63,390 nt of DNA, filler included, from Licmophora abbreviata (GCA_900291995.1; 8 parts of 8 records of this genome joined end to end with filler, not necessarily neighbours in it); one strand, 5' to 3'. Shown: positions 1 to 12,771, numbered from the whole stretch's first letter. Program-made: numbers and translations. The notes: a model not told the origin generated them from the letters alone.

Positions 1-1300
1 GGACAAGATCCTCATTGCGCATGGCAACTTGACGCAGCTCATTCTGGAGCAGACGGGATGCGCCAAGAAATACAACTTCTCCCGTGTCAAGCGCACCCGC
101 CGCACTCTGGGTGGTGGCATCTACGCGCGACAATGGTTTGCAATATTCGCTGAAGCGCTCAAGTTGGGTACGTGCCTCGATCGCGACCATGGTAGCGAGA
201 AAAGCTCTGACGATATTCAGGATGCATTCAGTTGCCCTTTCTTGCCGTCATCTCCAACGTCGTCAACGGATGAATCGGACGATCTCTCGGGTGCGCCTCG
301 ATGCGACTGCCTACAATGTGCGGCCTGTATACTGTCCCGTTCGGAATCATGCGACGTGCACATGGGGAATACGGGTCGAGACCAGGATCAACAGGACTCT
401 GTGTTTCGTCGTCGACCAGAACTGAGGCGAAGCAACACAGAAGGCTCTCCTCTGCGTGGACGAACAAGTTCGGCAGACATGGTCTCTTCCACAAGTGCCC
501 TGACGACATCTATTTCAGAGTCAATCGCCCTTCTCAAGTCCATCACCCGGTGCGACTCGCCGGTTGGCTTGGTATTCGACGTCAAGTCTCGCCACGTACC
601 GCATCAGGTCTGGGGTTTGGTGGTAGACTCGTTGCGCGCTGCCGGCGCCCGCGTCGAAGGTGTCGCGTCCTTCACGGTGGAAGAGATTCGTGACATAAGT
701 CGGTTCACGTCTGTTCCCGTCAAGGAGATTCTATTTTTCCACTCGGCTGGCGATATGCAGTACGCTTGCCACACGGGGAGCGTCAAACATGGCGATACTG
801 TCCTCTTCAATGCCGGAAGCCTCTTGTGGCAGTCAGACGGCTTGGCACATCCTGCGTTCACCTTGCTCGATGGAATTTACCAACTTTTTACGACGTTTGA
901 TGTGGAGGGTGTGAAGAGCGATTACCAACTTCTCCCATTCTCCAGCGTGATCAATCAAGACACATCGCAAGACAAGACTCCAAGATCAATCAGCAACACC
1001 GGCAGCAGCAGCACCATTCAGCAATACAAGGACAGATTTAATCTGAACATTGGCCTCTACTGTCAGGAATTCTCCATTGACGAGGCTGCCGTGAACAAGC
1101 TGGTGCAGTACGTCAATGACAACCATCGCGTCTACAACCTTGGCCTCTCTTGGGGCGGCGTTAATGGCCTCACTTTACGAAGCATCCAACCCGGTCGTTT
1201 CACCAGTACTGACGGGTTTTGGAACCAGCGGTACGCGGGAGTGCCATGGGATCCTACACTCTCGCCTAGGGACATAGCTATAGAGACGATAATGAACTAG
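1..1300 (+). CDS. Hypothetical protein, 5'-truncated by the window edge; C-terminal alpha/beta domain loosely resembling a GDPD/PLC-like TIM barrel
   Basis: Frame is open from position 2 (DKILIAHGNLTQ...) to TAG at 1300. 'GLVFDVKSR' strand motif. Family call is weak. Confidence 0.6.
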   Translation, partial: DKILIAHGNLTQLILEQTGCAKKYNFSRVKRTRRTLGGGIYARQWFAIFAEALKLGTCLDRDHGSEKSSDDIQDAFSCPFLPSSPTSSTDESDDLSGAPRCDCLQCAACILSRSESCDVHMGNTGRDQDQQDSVFRRRPELRRSNTEGSPLRGRTSSADMVSSTSALTTSISESIALLKSITRCDSPVGLVFDVKSRHVPHQVWGLVVDSLRAAGARVEGVASFTVEEIRDISRFTSVPVKEILFFHSAGDMQYACHTGSVKHGDTVLFNAGSLLWQSDGLAHPAFTLLDGIYQLFTTFDVEGVKSDYQLLPFSSVINQDTSQDKTPRSISNTGSSSTIQQYKDRFNLNIGLYCQEFSIDEAAVNKLVQYVNDNHRVYNLGLSWGGVNGLTLRSIQPGRFTSTDGFWNQRYAGVPWDPTLSPRDIAIETIMN

Positions 1301-1777
1301 GCTGTACAAATGCTTGAATTCGTGTGACTAGCGGAAGTGGGCGTTTATCAAAGCGATTTATGTTTTTACAAAGATGGATCAACGGATACGGACTGATTCG
1401 ATTCGTATCGTGTAACGCAGGCCCCTTTATTGTACAACAGCACTGATGTCCTTTCAACTCATATACCGAATAAACTAAAGTAAGCAAATGGTGTTGTTTA
1501 AAATAACTTAAGAGATTTCATGAAGAGAATAGCACAAAGCGTAGAAGGTATGAAGTTGTTGTGCGAACGAGATCCAACAAGAGAGTAGCGTAGCGTGTGT
1601 GGGGATGAAGAGAACGATAGCACGCAAGTCTAGTGCGCGTGCCCAGGGTTCAGATCAAATAGCAAGATGTAGTGAGCGCAACATGTAGTGTACGCATCGC
1701 AGCAGCAGTGTAGGATCTTTGTGTATATTCGCGTCGCAGGCATAAAGTAGTAGTAGTAGCCAACGTGACGGTCACGT

Positions 1778-2281
1778 TTAGGCAATGTCCCGGAGTGCCT
1801 CTGTAAGATGAGGCAGGACACTGGGATCGGATAGCATTGGCAGGCACGACATTGGACCATTTCGTTGGTAGGTATCGAGAAACTGGTTGAGTGCTTGACT
1901 ACGGTGAGAACGACTCGTCAATCGCTCCATCCGCATGACCGTCTCGGGCGACAAAAGTCCGTGTGCCGTAGGAAAGGACGGGAGAGTATCACAGCTCGCC
2001 AACACCGAGTTGGAGAGAGTGAAGCTGTTGGCCCGTCCTGTCTTTGAAGCGTCTGGTCGCGAAATCGCCCCTGGCTTCGATGACATCGGAGTAGGTGTCT
2101 GCGATGTTGGCGATGATGATGGCAACAGGTACATGACCGTGCCGTTTCGACGCGTGGAGAACCATCTCTCGGTCAAAGGACGACTCCCTCGTCGCTCCGA
2201 TGACACCTGAAAGGCCCCGGATGCTCCGCAGATGGATAGCAGCACTACTAATACATAAACGAGTCGACGTCGTTCCATCAT
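1778..2281 (-). CDS. Probable plastid-targeted hypothetical protein (167 aa)
   Basis: MMERRRLVYVLVVLLSICGASGA-FQV is a signal peptide plus Phe motif typical of diatom bipartite targeting, followed by an S/T-rich transit-like segment. Confidence 0.65.
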   Translation of the reverse strand: MMERRRLVYVLVVLLSICGASGAFQVSSERRGSRPLTERWFSTRRNGTVMYLLPSSSPTSQTPTPMSSKPGAISRPDASKTGRANSFTLSNSVLASCDTLPSFPTAHGLLSPETVMRMERLTSRSHRSQALNQFLDTYQRNGPMSCLPMLSDPSVLPHLTEALRDIA

Positions 2282-3042
2282 GTTGCTGTTGTTGTTGCTG
2301 CAGTGAGAGTTCGTATTACAAGTGTGTGACTGCACGGGATTCACTGAAAAAGTGAGAAGGCTTTTTGTGTGGTTCAGGATCGGCCACATACCAGCTGGTA
2401 AGAAAGCGAACACGAGGAAACGAGCCTGATTGGTCAGATTCACGTCACCCCGTAGAACCTACGTTGACGTTGTACGAGCCGAGGTTGAATGACGGTGTCA
2501 ACCCAAATGTCTGAAGAGTGTCGCCTGTGACGTGAAAGCCAAGCGTCTTTTCGGGCTGTCGCGGGCGCGCGAAATTTTTGGAATCTTTTGATGGAAAGTT
2601 CGATGTGTCGATTGAAGCAGAATTGCGACGCCAATCACACGTGTCGCTGTATAAATACTTCTCTCCAGATGGGAGGGTGGCGAATGAGGCAAGGGAGCGA
2701 GCGAAATCGACGCGAAAGAGCTGAAAAGAGAGCCCAGCGTGATGAGGTGTCTACCGAAGAACTTCTGGAACTCTCATGTGTGAGAAAGGTCTGTGCGGAG
2801 TCAGTGTTGAATGTAGCGCTGTACAGAGGAATCAGTATTGAAGGAGAGTCGTCAAAACATCCGGGTCTCCCCAGTCGCTATAGTCGGGTGAGTCGAGTCA
2901 TCGGTACAAATTGCGCGCCCAGCGAAACACGTCACCCAAGCCTGCAATGACAAAAGCCTCCGAAGGCGTCGACTGCAACGACACGGCCTCACAGAACAAG
3001 CTCACTTTCTGGTTGAAGAAGAACCCCCGCAGCAGCTTGACC

Positions 3043-3764
3043 ATGTCGATCTTACAGGTTGTGGTTTTGGCCACGCTTGTGGCGGCTTCCGGCGCCTTCG
3101 TGGCCCCGTCTATCACTTCCAAGTCATGCACTGAACTCCACATGGGACTGTTCGACAGCTGGGGCGCCGGTGGGAGTGGAAAGGACCGACTCGATGAAGA
3201 ATGGGAAAAACAGCAACAGATTCTGGCAGACAGGAGAAAGCCCAAGTCCGAGCGTGATCAGTACTTTAAAAAGGTAGGTTTTAGACTGTGCTCGGCGAAA
3301 TGTAGTGATGCCTTGACCGTATTACAGCGCTAACGCTTTATCCACTCCCACAGATTGAAGAGCGACGCCAGGAGGCTTCCGAGAACCAGAAAGAAATGTG
3401 GGCCTGGCAAACGAAAACGTACAAAAAGGGAGAAGATCCGCTGGACGAATGGAAGAAGCGGCGCGACAATGGTCAGATTAGCGACCTCAATGATCAGTAC
3501 GGTGACCCGAAGAAGATCGGAGGCATCCCTCTACCGATCGCTTCGTTTGGTGTAGGAGGAGAATTCGGTGTTGGGGGCAAGTATGACAACGGCGGACGCT
3601 TCGATCTTCGTCTCCCGTATGCGGATCAAGGATATGTCGATGAGGATGAAGATGTCATGAAGAAGTTCCAGAACTTCTTCGGTGGAGGAAAGAAAAAGGC
3701 TGCAAAAGTGGAAGAGGTTGTTGTGGAGGAGCCCAAGAAGGCCAAGTGGTTCTGGGAGAAGTAG
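3043..3764 (+). CDS. Plastid-targeted hypothetical protein, 2 exons (intron 3274-3353)
   Basis: MSILQVVVLATLVAASGA-FVAP is an ASAFAP-type presequence. A GT...ctaac...AG intron joins ORFs 2911-3333 and 3396-3764 in frame. Confidence 0.8.
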
Positions 3765-3871
3765 GCAATGGCCTAGACGTGGTGTGCCTCAACGCTGGGT
3801 TCAAAATAGATAGAACACGCCTCTTAACGCAAGCTTTGTTGTTTTTGCGACATAATTATATCTGCTAGACG

Positions 3872-5487
3872 TCATGCGATCTTTTCTTTATTCACCGAGG
3901 TGCTAAGCCTCCGATACCGCTTGACTTCTCGTATCAGCCCTGCAAGGAACGGTATCAGTAATGGGAAAAGGAGAGGGGCAAAGACAGCCAGATACTGATC
4001 CACGGGGAACTCAAGGGGCTCTATGAGTGCTGGGTCGGAGCGAATGGTCTCCGAGTGAGCGATGGACTCCTCCAGTAGATCGAGGGCAATCACGTAGTCT
4101 CCTTGTTGCGCCGACAATGTGGCCTCTTGTATCAAGTCGACCGCCGCTTGCCATCGAGTCGAGGTCTGGAAACGACAAGCGAAAATAGACGAGAAGGCAT
4201 GTTTTTAGCAAGTCTCAGAAAAAGAGTAGAAATCCTGTCGTCGGTTCGCAATCGTACCTCATGTGTCACGGGCACGGTCCAAGACGAGCGTAGTAAGAAT
4301 TGATGGGATCGGGAAGCTTCTTCTCTTGCTCGTTGGTAGGTGTACCGTACAAGTCGTCGCACGTGCAAATGAATATACCACGTGCTGATGGGCCATGTCG
4401 GGTGCTCGGCACCGAGGCACTGGCGCTGCAACAAGTAGGTAATTTGTGAAAAGGGAGAATTGGCGGGAGGTTCTTTCGACGGATCAATGAGAGTGAAAAG
4501 ATGAGTATCTGTTGAAGCCACGGTAGTCTCTTCTAAGCCCGACTTGTTCTTTCGAGCAATCACCAATTCTGTTCTGTTTGGAACGTAAAGGAACACTTGG
4601 AATATGGACTCGTCGTCGGTTTGATGCTTCGTGGGCATCGCACGTTGGCCATCAATCCATCTTTGGAGTTGCCTGACGGACACCAAATATGACGTTGTAT
4701 TGTCATTGCGTCTCAGGGGCTTTGCGGTATGCGCTAGGGTAGTATCTTTCGGAAGTATCGACATGGACACGTCCAAAGGCCTGTTCCAGCACCACAATGG
4801 CCAGCGGGACATCGCTTCGTGATCAAGCCAATCCTCGAACGATGCGGTCACAGATTTCCAGTCCATTCCTTCTTCCAATACCAAATTGAGCTTGACGTTA
4901 CGCCTTGAAGTTGTGAAAGAAGACGACCGCGATGGACTGTTGTAAACTGCCTCGATCAGGCGATCCATCGAGCCATCGGCATCTGCTGCAGGACGCACCA
5001 GGGTTGTTCCCCAACGAGGCGACACCCCGATCATCGATTGCGTCTTGTCATCCATCGCTTCTTTCGGACAGACAACAAGTGCGTAATCTTTCAATTCCTC
5101 ATTGTCGCTACTTGTTTGACACATGGCCGTTATTCTTCCTTCGTCAGACACCACCGAAATATCAATTGACTCTTCCTTCGAAGCAGCATGATGTCGTTCC
5201 CACGCCCCTCGCCACGCGCGCTGCTCGGCCGATGTAGACACTGCTACGGACAGGGGTGGCAGCGAAAGCACCAATCTGGGATCATCACTCTCCGATGAAA
5301 GCCGCGAAATGCCTCCTCGTTGTATCAAGGGGACGCAGAGGACGTCAATCTCCGCATCCGCGGCCGACGACGATATGGATCTTGGCAGTAGCACATTCCC
5401 GCACAAGCCTGCGTATGCAGCAAACAGGGCGACGCCTACGACTTGCAACACCATCACCGACTGGATGACAAGTCGAGTGCCCGCCAT
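3872..5487 (-). CDS. GPI transamidase subunit PIG-S/Gpi17-like, 2 exons (intron 4166-4257)
   Basis: N-terminal TM, large lumenal domain, and C-terminal 'LEFPVDQYLAVFAPLLFPLLIPFL..L.RE' matching the PIG-S tail. The splice restores the frame. Confidence 0.65.
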
Positions 5488-5798
5488 GCTGCTGTTTATA
5501 TAGTTTTACTGTGGAACAGGACACAACTGTGTTGCTCGTTGACTGCACCGAATTGCCGCGTTGCAGTGTCGCGAAGCCATCATCGCGTCTCACTTTGTGG
5601 TCGCGCGGTTTGATGGCTTGGTGCCATTCGCGCTCCTCACACCTACATACTGCTTAGCGCTCTCGACCGTCATCAGTCCACCTTACTGGAGAGAGGAACG
5701 TTTTCGATGTACCGTTGCTTACAAATCTGATACAGAAGACTAAGCAGTGCATTCAAAACAAGTTACTAGTCCAGCGTTGTCACTTGCGTGCTACACAG

Positions 5799-8700
5799 CT
5801 ACTGCAACGCCGGCTCCTGCCCTGGATCTTCTTGAGCCAGCTGTGCTCGCATCCCCTCGCCAAAGAACTTGTTTATCGACACATCTTCCGACAGCCCCTT
5901 GCGCCGCCTCGTTTTAACAAGGAGTTCTCGTGCCAAACACGGTGGTGGGCTAGGTTCAAGCGGGTGAAGAATAATGCTTCGGTCAAGCGGGTCGCCCGGA
6001 ACGACGGACCAGTGATCAAACACGGAGTGGACCATCGCCTGCCCTTGGGTGAAGGTCCGCAGATCCGTCTCAAAGCCAAAGCTATCTAATACCGGTAGGA
6101 ATCCCTTCACGCTATAAAGGGTAGACCCTGATATAGGCCTGTCCTGCACAATGTGACCTCGACGCTTGTTCAGAACGGGCTGAATCGCATCCACAATCTC
6201 CCCCGGGCATTGTATCTGAAGACGGTAGATTGGTTCCATGAGACGAGGTGTCGCTGTCAATAGGGACGAGTGGACAGTTCTGCGGGCAGTAGGAATCATT
6301 TGGCCTCCACCACGGTGGATGGGTTTGTCTGCTAGTATGGCGTCAAGGATCTTGATTTTGGTACCTCGAACAGGTTCTTCGCACAAGGGTCCTTCGCGGG
6401 TCGCCCATTGGAAACCTTGAACGATGCTCGACTTGCAAGAGTTCAATAAACTCTTGTCGACTTCACTTGGTAAGGTGTCGTCCATCAGAATATTTGAGCC
6501 ATGCGTCGGCGACGAACCGAACGCCCATATAGATCGTGATGAGAGCAGGTCCCAATCGTATTGAGTCTGAAAGAAGCGCCCCATCTTCACAAAGAAAGCG
6601 GAACGACTCAACTGTGAGCGACACATAGCGGTTAACGAAACGGTACATCAATGTCGAGACATACCTTTCGATTGTCCCATTCCACATTGACCTTTCCAGC
6701 TTCTAGCTTCTCTGCTAGTCCGTCATCTAGTGGCTCGGCAATCAGAGTGAGTTTGTTGCGCTTGTTTGGTGTCTGGGAGCAACCAAATACAATTTGTTCG
6801 GTGTTAGGATAGCAGAATCGAATAGTAACGCCACTTCCATTAGACACACATACCTCGGAAAAGCATTTCAAGCTGCTCGTTTCAATTACGGTTTCGCGAA
6901 AGCCAACAACGGGATCAGCCGCCTTAACTTCAATGTCGGAGTAGACATGACGAAGGTCATGCATCATGCAATCCATGTAGAGTTCCCCTGTACCAAAGAG
7001 GACATGCTCGCCACTTTCTTCGACTCTGGTCCGAGCCATGGGGTATGCCTTGGAAATGCGTCGCAGCCCCTCTACCATTTTTGGAAGCTCGGCGGGGTTA
7101 AGTGGCTCAATGGCAAGCTTCATGATCGATTCTCCTCCAGCCTGTCGCGTAGAGGAAAGAAAACTGCGTAAGCGCAACGGAAGGAAACCAGTCCAGTCAA
7201 CGAGCTCGGTATACATTCCGAAACGTACCTGGGGAAACTTCAACGGAGCAAAGATTTGTGCGTCGTCATCCATGGTCGATGTTCCTCCATTGTTCGGATG
7301 GGCATTGGTGATTGTTGCCGTTTTGGAAATATTTGCGTCGATGCCTTCTAGAACGACCCAGTTACCAGCCTTGGCCATGGTGACCTCGAGCCGAGTCCGG
7401 CCGCGTGGTACGGCCACGGCTCCTACAGTAGCGACGGCCATGTCTTCGTCATCGTCCGGCGAGTATCCTTCTCCCAACACGCGGACCTCGTCGCCTGTGC
7501 ATGATATTTCGAAAAGAGGAATGGTGTATAAGCAAAGCCGCACCAAAAAAAACAGACGCATTTGCGTATGCAGAATACTTACCAGGGCGAATTGTCCCCG
7601 AGTAGATTCTTCCAAATGTGGAGAACGACTGTCCATCCGGAGCTGAGTACAGTTTGACACAGTGAATCATGAGCGGCCCGCGTGGGTCACAATCTTGCAT
7701 GGACTTGGCAATGGACGAATCCTGTGGTCCGGTATAGCACCGCGCCACCTTGCCCTTGGCTGCCGCACTGGGCGGTGGCACGAACTTCACCAGCATGTCC
7801 ACAAACCCCGAGTGCGCCGTCGCAAGGAATCGTGAAAGTGCAGCCCTTAATAATGGTCGAGCGCTAGCACGCAGCTGATCCTTTGAAAGCAACACACCGA
7901 CGCTGCGCAATAATTTGTTGACGTCTTGCTCGCGTTCGCCCAAACAGGCCGAGTATATTTTGTAGATCGGTTCCAAGACAAAGGTGACAAACGTGCGTTC
8001 TGTTCCAGATACAGCGCAATCCGACTGTCGATTGACAAAGGTGCGCGAAGCTGCGTCGTAAAACACATTCCCCCACAGACGTTGTGCCAGGTCGTCCGAC
8101 GATAAGACATTGTTGTGCTCTCCAATGAGCATTGGTTCGTCGTCGTCGCCTTGTTCCATAATCAACTGAGCAAAACTCTGCAACGTAAAACACCAACCAT
8201 GCTGTGCAGAGGCAAATGCTACGTTTCCTTTCTGTGGAGCGAATTTCGGATATCGTCCACGCGATGCTTCTCCAACCAGCTCATTCATCGTGTCGAGTAA
8301 ATGCATCAGCTTATAGTAGGCATCACGAGGGGGCATCTTGAGCTCAACAATCAACCGATCCACCTTGTTAATTAAGAGTGTCAATGGAAGTCCTTCTTGA
8401 ATCGCTTGACGCACGACCATTTCCGTGTGCAGCATGATTCCCTCGACAGCATCCAAAACCACCACGGCACCATCGACGGCTCGCAACGCTGCTACCGACT
8501 CATCATGAAAGTTGACATGTCCCGGACAGTCCATGAGCGTAACAGCATAGGACTTGCCCCTCGTATCGGCTAAAACTGTCGTCAAGGGCGTGCTGACCAA
8601 ACTGAGTTGACGAGACTGTTCGCTTTCCAGTGTATCCGTGTAGCGAGGGCCCCCTCCCTGGGCCGAGTCCAACGAAGCCCGTGGTCCCCATGCATCATGC

Positions 8701-9281
8701 GGTTTTCGATGCGTCGTTTCTAGCAAAGAGTCACAAAAGGTGGTCTTTCCAGAATGCAGCTGTCCGACTAGCGCTACACCGCGACGCGTCAATGTGGTTT
8801 CGTTGGAAAGAAGCGACGCCAGATACTCGTTTGAATACACCCATTGCTCGCCGTCACCAGTATCATCTGCCGTCTGCGACGTCGTAGCGGCCCGATTACT
8901 CTTGGAGATGGTCGGTTCGACCAACGGTACATCCAAGTCCATGGCATCTTCGTCCAAGACCGCCGTCCGCACCTCCTCTCCATACACTTCGTTGGCCGAG
9001 GGATAGTGCACCTTGTCTTCGTGCAAGACAATGGCATTCTGCGCCGCTCCCATTTCTACATCCCCAGCGTCATCTCGGAGGACGACCATTTGTTGTCGCG
9101 GATCTATCGAGGTAGCGGAAGCAGCTAATTCATCACCAGATACGTCGGATGCGTCGTCGGGTGCTTGCTGCTGTTCGTCGTCGTCCGATTCGTCTTCGTC
9201 GGAGGAAGATTCGAGATCTGGACCAATGTAATTTCCAAACTCATCGTATAGTTCTTGCTCTTCCTTATTGCTGTCAGCCAT
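5799..9281 (-). CDS. EFTUD2: U5 snRNP 116 kDa GTPase Snu114/EFTUD2, 5 exons (introns ~7495-7582, 7142-7228, 6773-6853, 6585-6664)
   Basis: '[11 protein letters not shown]' N-terminus, G1 'GQLHSGKT', 'DCPGHVNF', 'NKVDRL', 'EESGEH', '[16 protein letters not shown]', '[17 protein letters not shown]'. Confidence 0.97.
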
Positions 9282-9628
9282 GGTGCGGGGATGCAGTCAG
9301 CACTGTAAACTTGAAAGTAGGATCCAACAAGGCAACAATCGAGAAGAACAGCTTCTTCTCCTCTGCACCTGTCCTTTGTGGCGCTGTATCTACTCTTCGC
9401 TGCGTCTCTCATCGTCATCTCGTCGCGTCTCATCACAATTTGCCCTTCCGAGAGAACCGCTGAGAGCCATCCATTTTTCGTACACAGAGCAGACGTCTCC
9501 GAAATACTGCCGTAGACTTTCTACTGGGATCTGTCCTGCGTCAGTCAGGTCGGTTGTGTTTTTCCTTTTTTCGATGATAGGATGTGTGTTGACGACTTTG
9601 ACAACGACCAAGGGCCATCACAAACTGG

Positions 9629-9728
9629 NNNNNNNNNNNNNNNNNNNNNNNNNNNNNNNNNNNNNNNNNNNNTTAATTAATTAANNNNNNNNNNNNNNNN
9701 NNNNNNNNNNNNNNNNNNNNNNNNNNNN
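9629..9728. other. Artificial contig-join spacer
   Basis: N44-TTAATTAATTAA-N44 (stops in all frames). The flanks share a ~95-nt near-identical overlap. Confidence 0.97.
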
Positions 9729-9883
9729 CTGTCCTGCGTCAGTCAGGTCAGTTGTGTTTTTTCCTTTTTTCGATGATAGGATGTGACGACTTTGACAACG
9801 ACCAAGGGCCATCACAAATGGCGGTGTGTGATGTCGGGTATCTTGCCAAGCGAACTAAAATATCCTCACTCGCACTGTTCACC

Positions 9884-10498
9884 ATGAAAATCCCTACACC
9901 ACTCTTATACTCTTGTGTAGTAGTTCTACTTCTACTGGGAACTGCGGATTACTCCAACGCGTTGTCGTCGCAAGCACCCAAGGTGAAGTTTTATGGCGGC
10001 AGCGGCGTCGGACGGCTGGTACTGGACGAGACGGCTGGACAAGAGAATGCGTGGTTATGCCACTACGACATGGTCCTCTGCGAACGAATTCAAGGAAAGC
10101 CAAAGACCGAGAGTGGCTTGTTTGTGCCAGAAGAAGACTTGCCGCGACTGCATCTATGCAAAGTCCTTAGTATGGGACCGGGCCGTGAAGAGGAGAATGG
10201 CAGACTTACTCCCATGCCGGACATTCAGGTGGGAGATATCGTGATTGCTAAGAACCCATGGGGCATCGGACCGAAGGATGAAGAAACGTGAGTCACTGCC
10301 TGCTTGTACCTGTGGCTGTGTTGGTGGTTCGTGATACTGTGCTCTCGTGTACATACTCAGTTCTCTATATCGGACTTTCCACTTTCTATGATACACAGGA
10401 GCGACGGCAAGAAGCTTAGTTTCATGCGAGCGCAGGACATTGCAGCAGTCCTAACAGAAGGACTTGTCGCCGAGGGAGAAGAAACCGAGGCAGTTTGA
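9884..10498 (+). CDS. Chaperonin-10/GroES-family protein with signal peptide (likely plastid), 2 exons (intron 10288-10398)
   Basis: 'DMVLCERI..KPKTESGLFVP...KVLSMGPG...IQVGDIVI....DGKKLSFMRAQDIAAVL' follows the GroES pattern; hydrophobic N-terminal signal. Confidence 0.8.
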
Positions 10499-10612
10499 TG
10501 CTGGAGTGTTTTGTTGTAGTGTCACGAACGCTCTGGATATTTTAAACAGTATCATCAATGTGTCGAATTCATACGTATGCATTAGGGATAACTCGCTCTA
10601 TAACAAGTCTAG

Positions 10613-11395
10613 CTAGCATCCGCGCCCAAGCTCTTCGCACAAAGCATTACGGCGCTCTTCCTTGGACTTTTGCAAGTCCTTTTGTTTCTCCTTTTCGCTC
10701 TGCAACGAGGCACCATAGGTCATGGGACGGGAGGCCTTGCGCTGAAGTTCTGCCTTTCGCCGGAGTCTCTCGGCCATTTCATCTTCCTGTAGTAACAACA
10801 ACAAGAAGAATCACACAATATATTATTGTGAGAGGAGTCGTTTCAATGTGATGGATTTTAAAAGAGGACGGTTTGTTGCACTTGTTGGGATAGAGAGACG
10901 CTCCATGGATACAAAAGGGAGACACTCAGCTACAAGGCAAGGGTGGTGACACGCCTTTTCAGGCGCCACCCAATTCGTTTTCCCCACACTTGAATAGCAA
11001 GTGACAGAACTGTGCAACACAAATAAGTTGCAAAGCTTCTGAAAAAGTCGAAACTGGGGTGGTGGTGGTACAATGGTTGGTGCTCTTCGAATGCTACTAC
11101 TTACCGCTTGCTTGGATTCATCCGCCGATGGCATGGCGAGATCATCAAACTTGTCTCCTTCCGCAAAGACTGGTAGCGTCGACGAGACCAAAAGGACAGC
11201 AGTGGCACCCGTAACAAAGGCACGGCGGTCTGACACGGATGCCTGAAGACTAGTGGAAGAAGGGCCACGATGCGTCCGCGGCGAGGACAACGATGATGGT
11301 GAAGGCGGAGTGATGATGATGTTTGAGGTCCACGCGTTCGAGAAATGTGCCAGTGCAGAACTCAAAAGGATACTGATGTACAACCTATTCATCAT
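10613..11395 (-). CDS. Small plastid/thylakoid-lumen-targeted protein, 2 exons (intron 10787-11104)
   Basis: Signal peptide (..SNA-W), transit segment, twin-Arg 'DRRAFV' plus hydrophobic stretch plus VFA cleavage site; coiled C-terminus ending LCEELGRGC. Confidence 0.7.
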
Positions 11396-11781
11396 GGTTC
11401 TGTAAAGCTGGTAAAAGAGGGGTGGCGGAGGAGTAACGATGAGGCTATTGCATCGGCCGTCTCATTGCACTAATGAGAGGAATGTGGACATCGCCATTAC
11501 ACATCGCGACCTGAAAAGGCATCACGCGCAGTCCGCGATGACGCACATCAAAATGACGACGGACAGTCGGCGAGACGAGTTCCAAGTTGGTATCATCCCC
11601 ATCCCTAAGTCTAAACGCCCTCGCCCGGTAGTTTGTATGATAGGGGGTCCTTGACGCATTTGACGAGATGTAAAAGGACCTTGTCTTGCTGGGCTACAGA
11701 TTGACGGCCGAGCTCGAGTCCATAGTATGGCATTTAGGTTAGTTTCTGTGATAGAACCGAAAGTGGTGTTGCTTTTCTTCG

Positions 11782-12771
11782 TCACTCAACCGCAAACGCT
11801 CCGCACGCTTCTTCCGAGGCTTCCCAGAGCATCTTGCGCGAAGGTTCATCGGCGCACTCTTTAGTGAGCTCCACTTTGACTGCGGGGCCCACCAGATTCC
11901 CTCGCCAGGCTGGTTCCCAGAAGTCCCCGCTCTCGCTCGTTGTTCCATAACACGCTTGAAGGAGCGGCATAGTTCCATCTTCGGCAGACTGTGCCATGAC
12001 ACGAGTCCACATTGATCCAGACATGCCTTGAGACGAGGTCTGCAGACTGGTTGTGGAGTAGCCAGGGGCGGCACAGATAGCTTTGATCTTGCTATCGCTT
12101 CCGAGACGATCCGCAAGGGCCATGGTGTAGATGGCATTCGCAAGTTTGGATTGATGGTATCTCTGCCACTTGCCTTTCCCTGAAAACATGCCTCCGCCGT
12201 TTCCCCCAAGATTTCCACCGTTTTTTCCTAGGTACTCCGCTTCTAGCAGGTTGCCTCTGCGTGCTATTGAGCTGTGGTTCACAATGCGGGCTTCGCCGCG
12301 AAGTTCACTTGCCTTCTTCAAGAGTGGGAACAGTTCCTTGGTTAGGAGAAAGTGAGAGAGGTGATTGGTCTGCATCTGCACATCATAGCCGTCGCTGGTT
12401 GCCTTATCGTCCATAGCCATAATGCCGGCGTTGTTGCAGAGGACATCGAGGGACTTGTACTTGCCCTTGATGGTGTCGGCTGCCTGCTGGACGGACTCAA
12501 ACTTTTGCAAATCGCAAGAGATTGTTTCGACTCTAGTATTTTGTCCATCCTTAATTTCGGCCTTGATCTCCTCCTCAGCCTTCGTGGCTCGTTCCGAAGG
12601 GCGATTCAAGAGCAAGACAGTCTCAGCGCCCTTGCGAACGCTGACCTTGGCTGCAATGAGGCCCGTTCCCGAAGTACAGCCGGTAATAGCAACCGTCTTC
12701 TTTTCGAGAGACGGGAGCTTGGTCTCGAATTCGGGAAGGAATTTGACAGGTTTCGAGGAGGATCCGCCCAT
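11782..12771 (-). CDS. Short-chain dehydrogenase/reductase (retinol dehydrogenase/WWOX/POR-like subfamily)
   Basis: 'TGCTSGTG', 'CDL', 'NNAGIM', 'TNHLSHFLLT', 'YHQSKLAN'; possible N-myristoylation motif MGGSSSK. Confidence 0.93.
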   Translation of the reverse strand: MGGSSSKPVKFLPEFETKLPSLEKKTVAITGCTSGTGLIAAKVSVRKGAETVLLLNRPSERATKAEEEIKAEIKDGQNTRVETISCDLQKFESVQQAADTIKGKYKSLDVLCNNAGIMAMDDKATSDGYDVQMQTNHLSHFLLTKELFPLLKKASELRGEARIVNHSSIARRGNLLEAEYLGKNGGNLGGNGGGMFSGKGKWQRYHQSKLANAIYTMALADRLGSDSKIKAICAAPGYSTTSLQTSSQGMSGSMWTRVMAQSAEDGTMPLLQACYGTTSESGDFWEPAWRGNLVGPAVKVELTKECADEPSRKMLWEASEEACGAFAVE

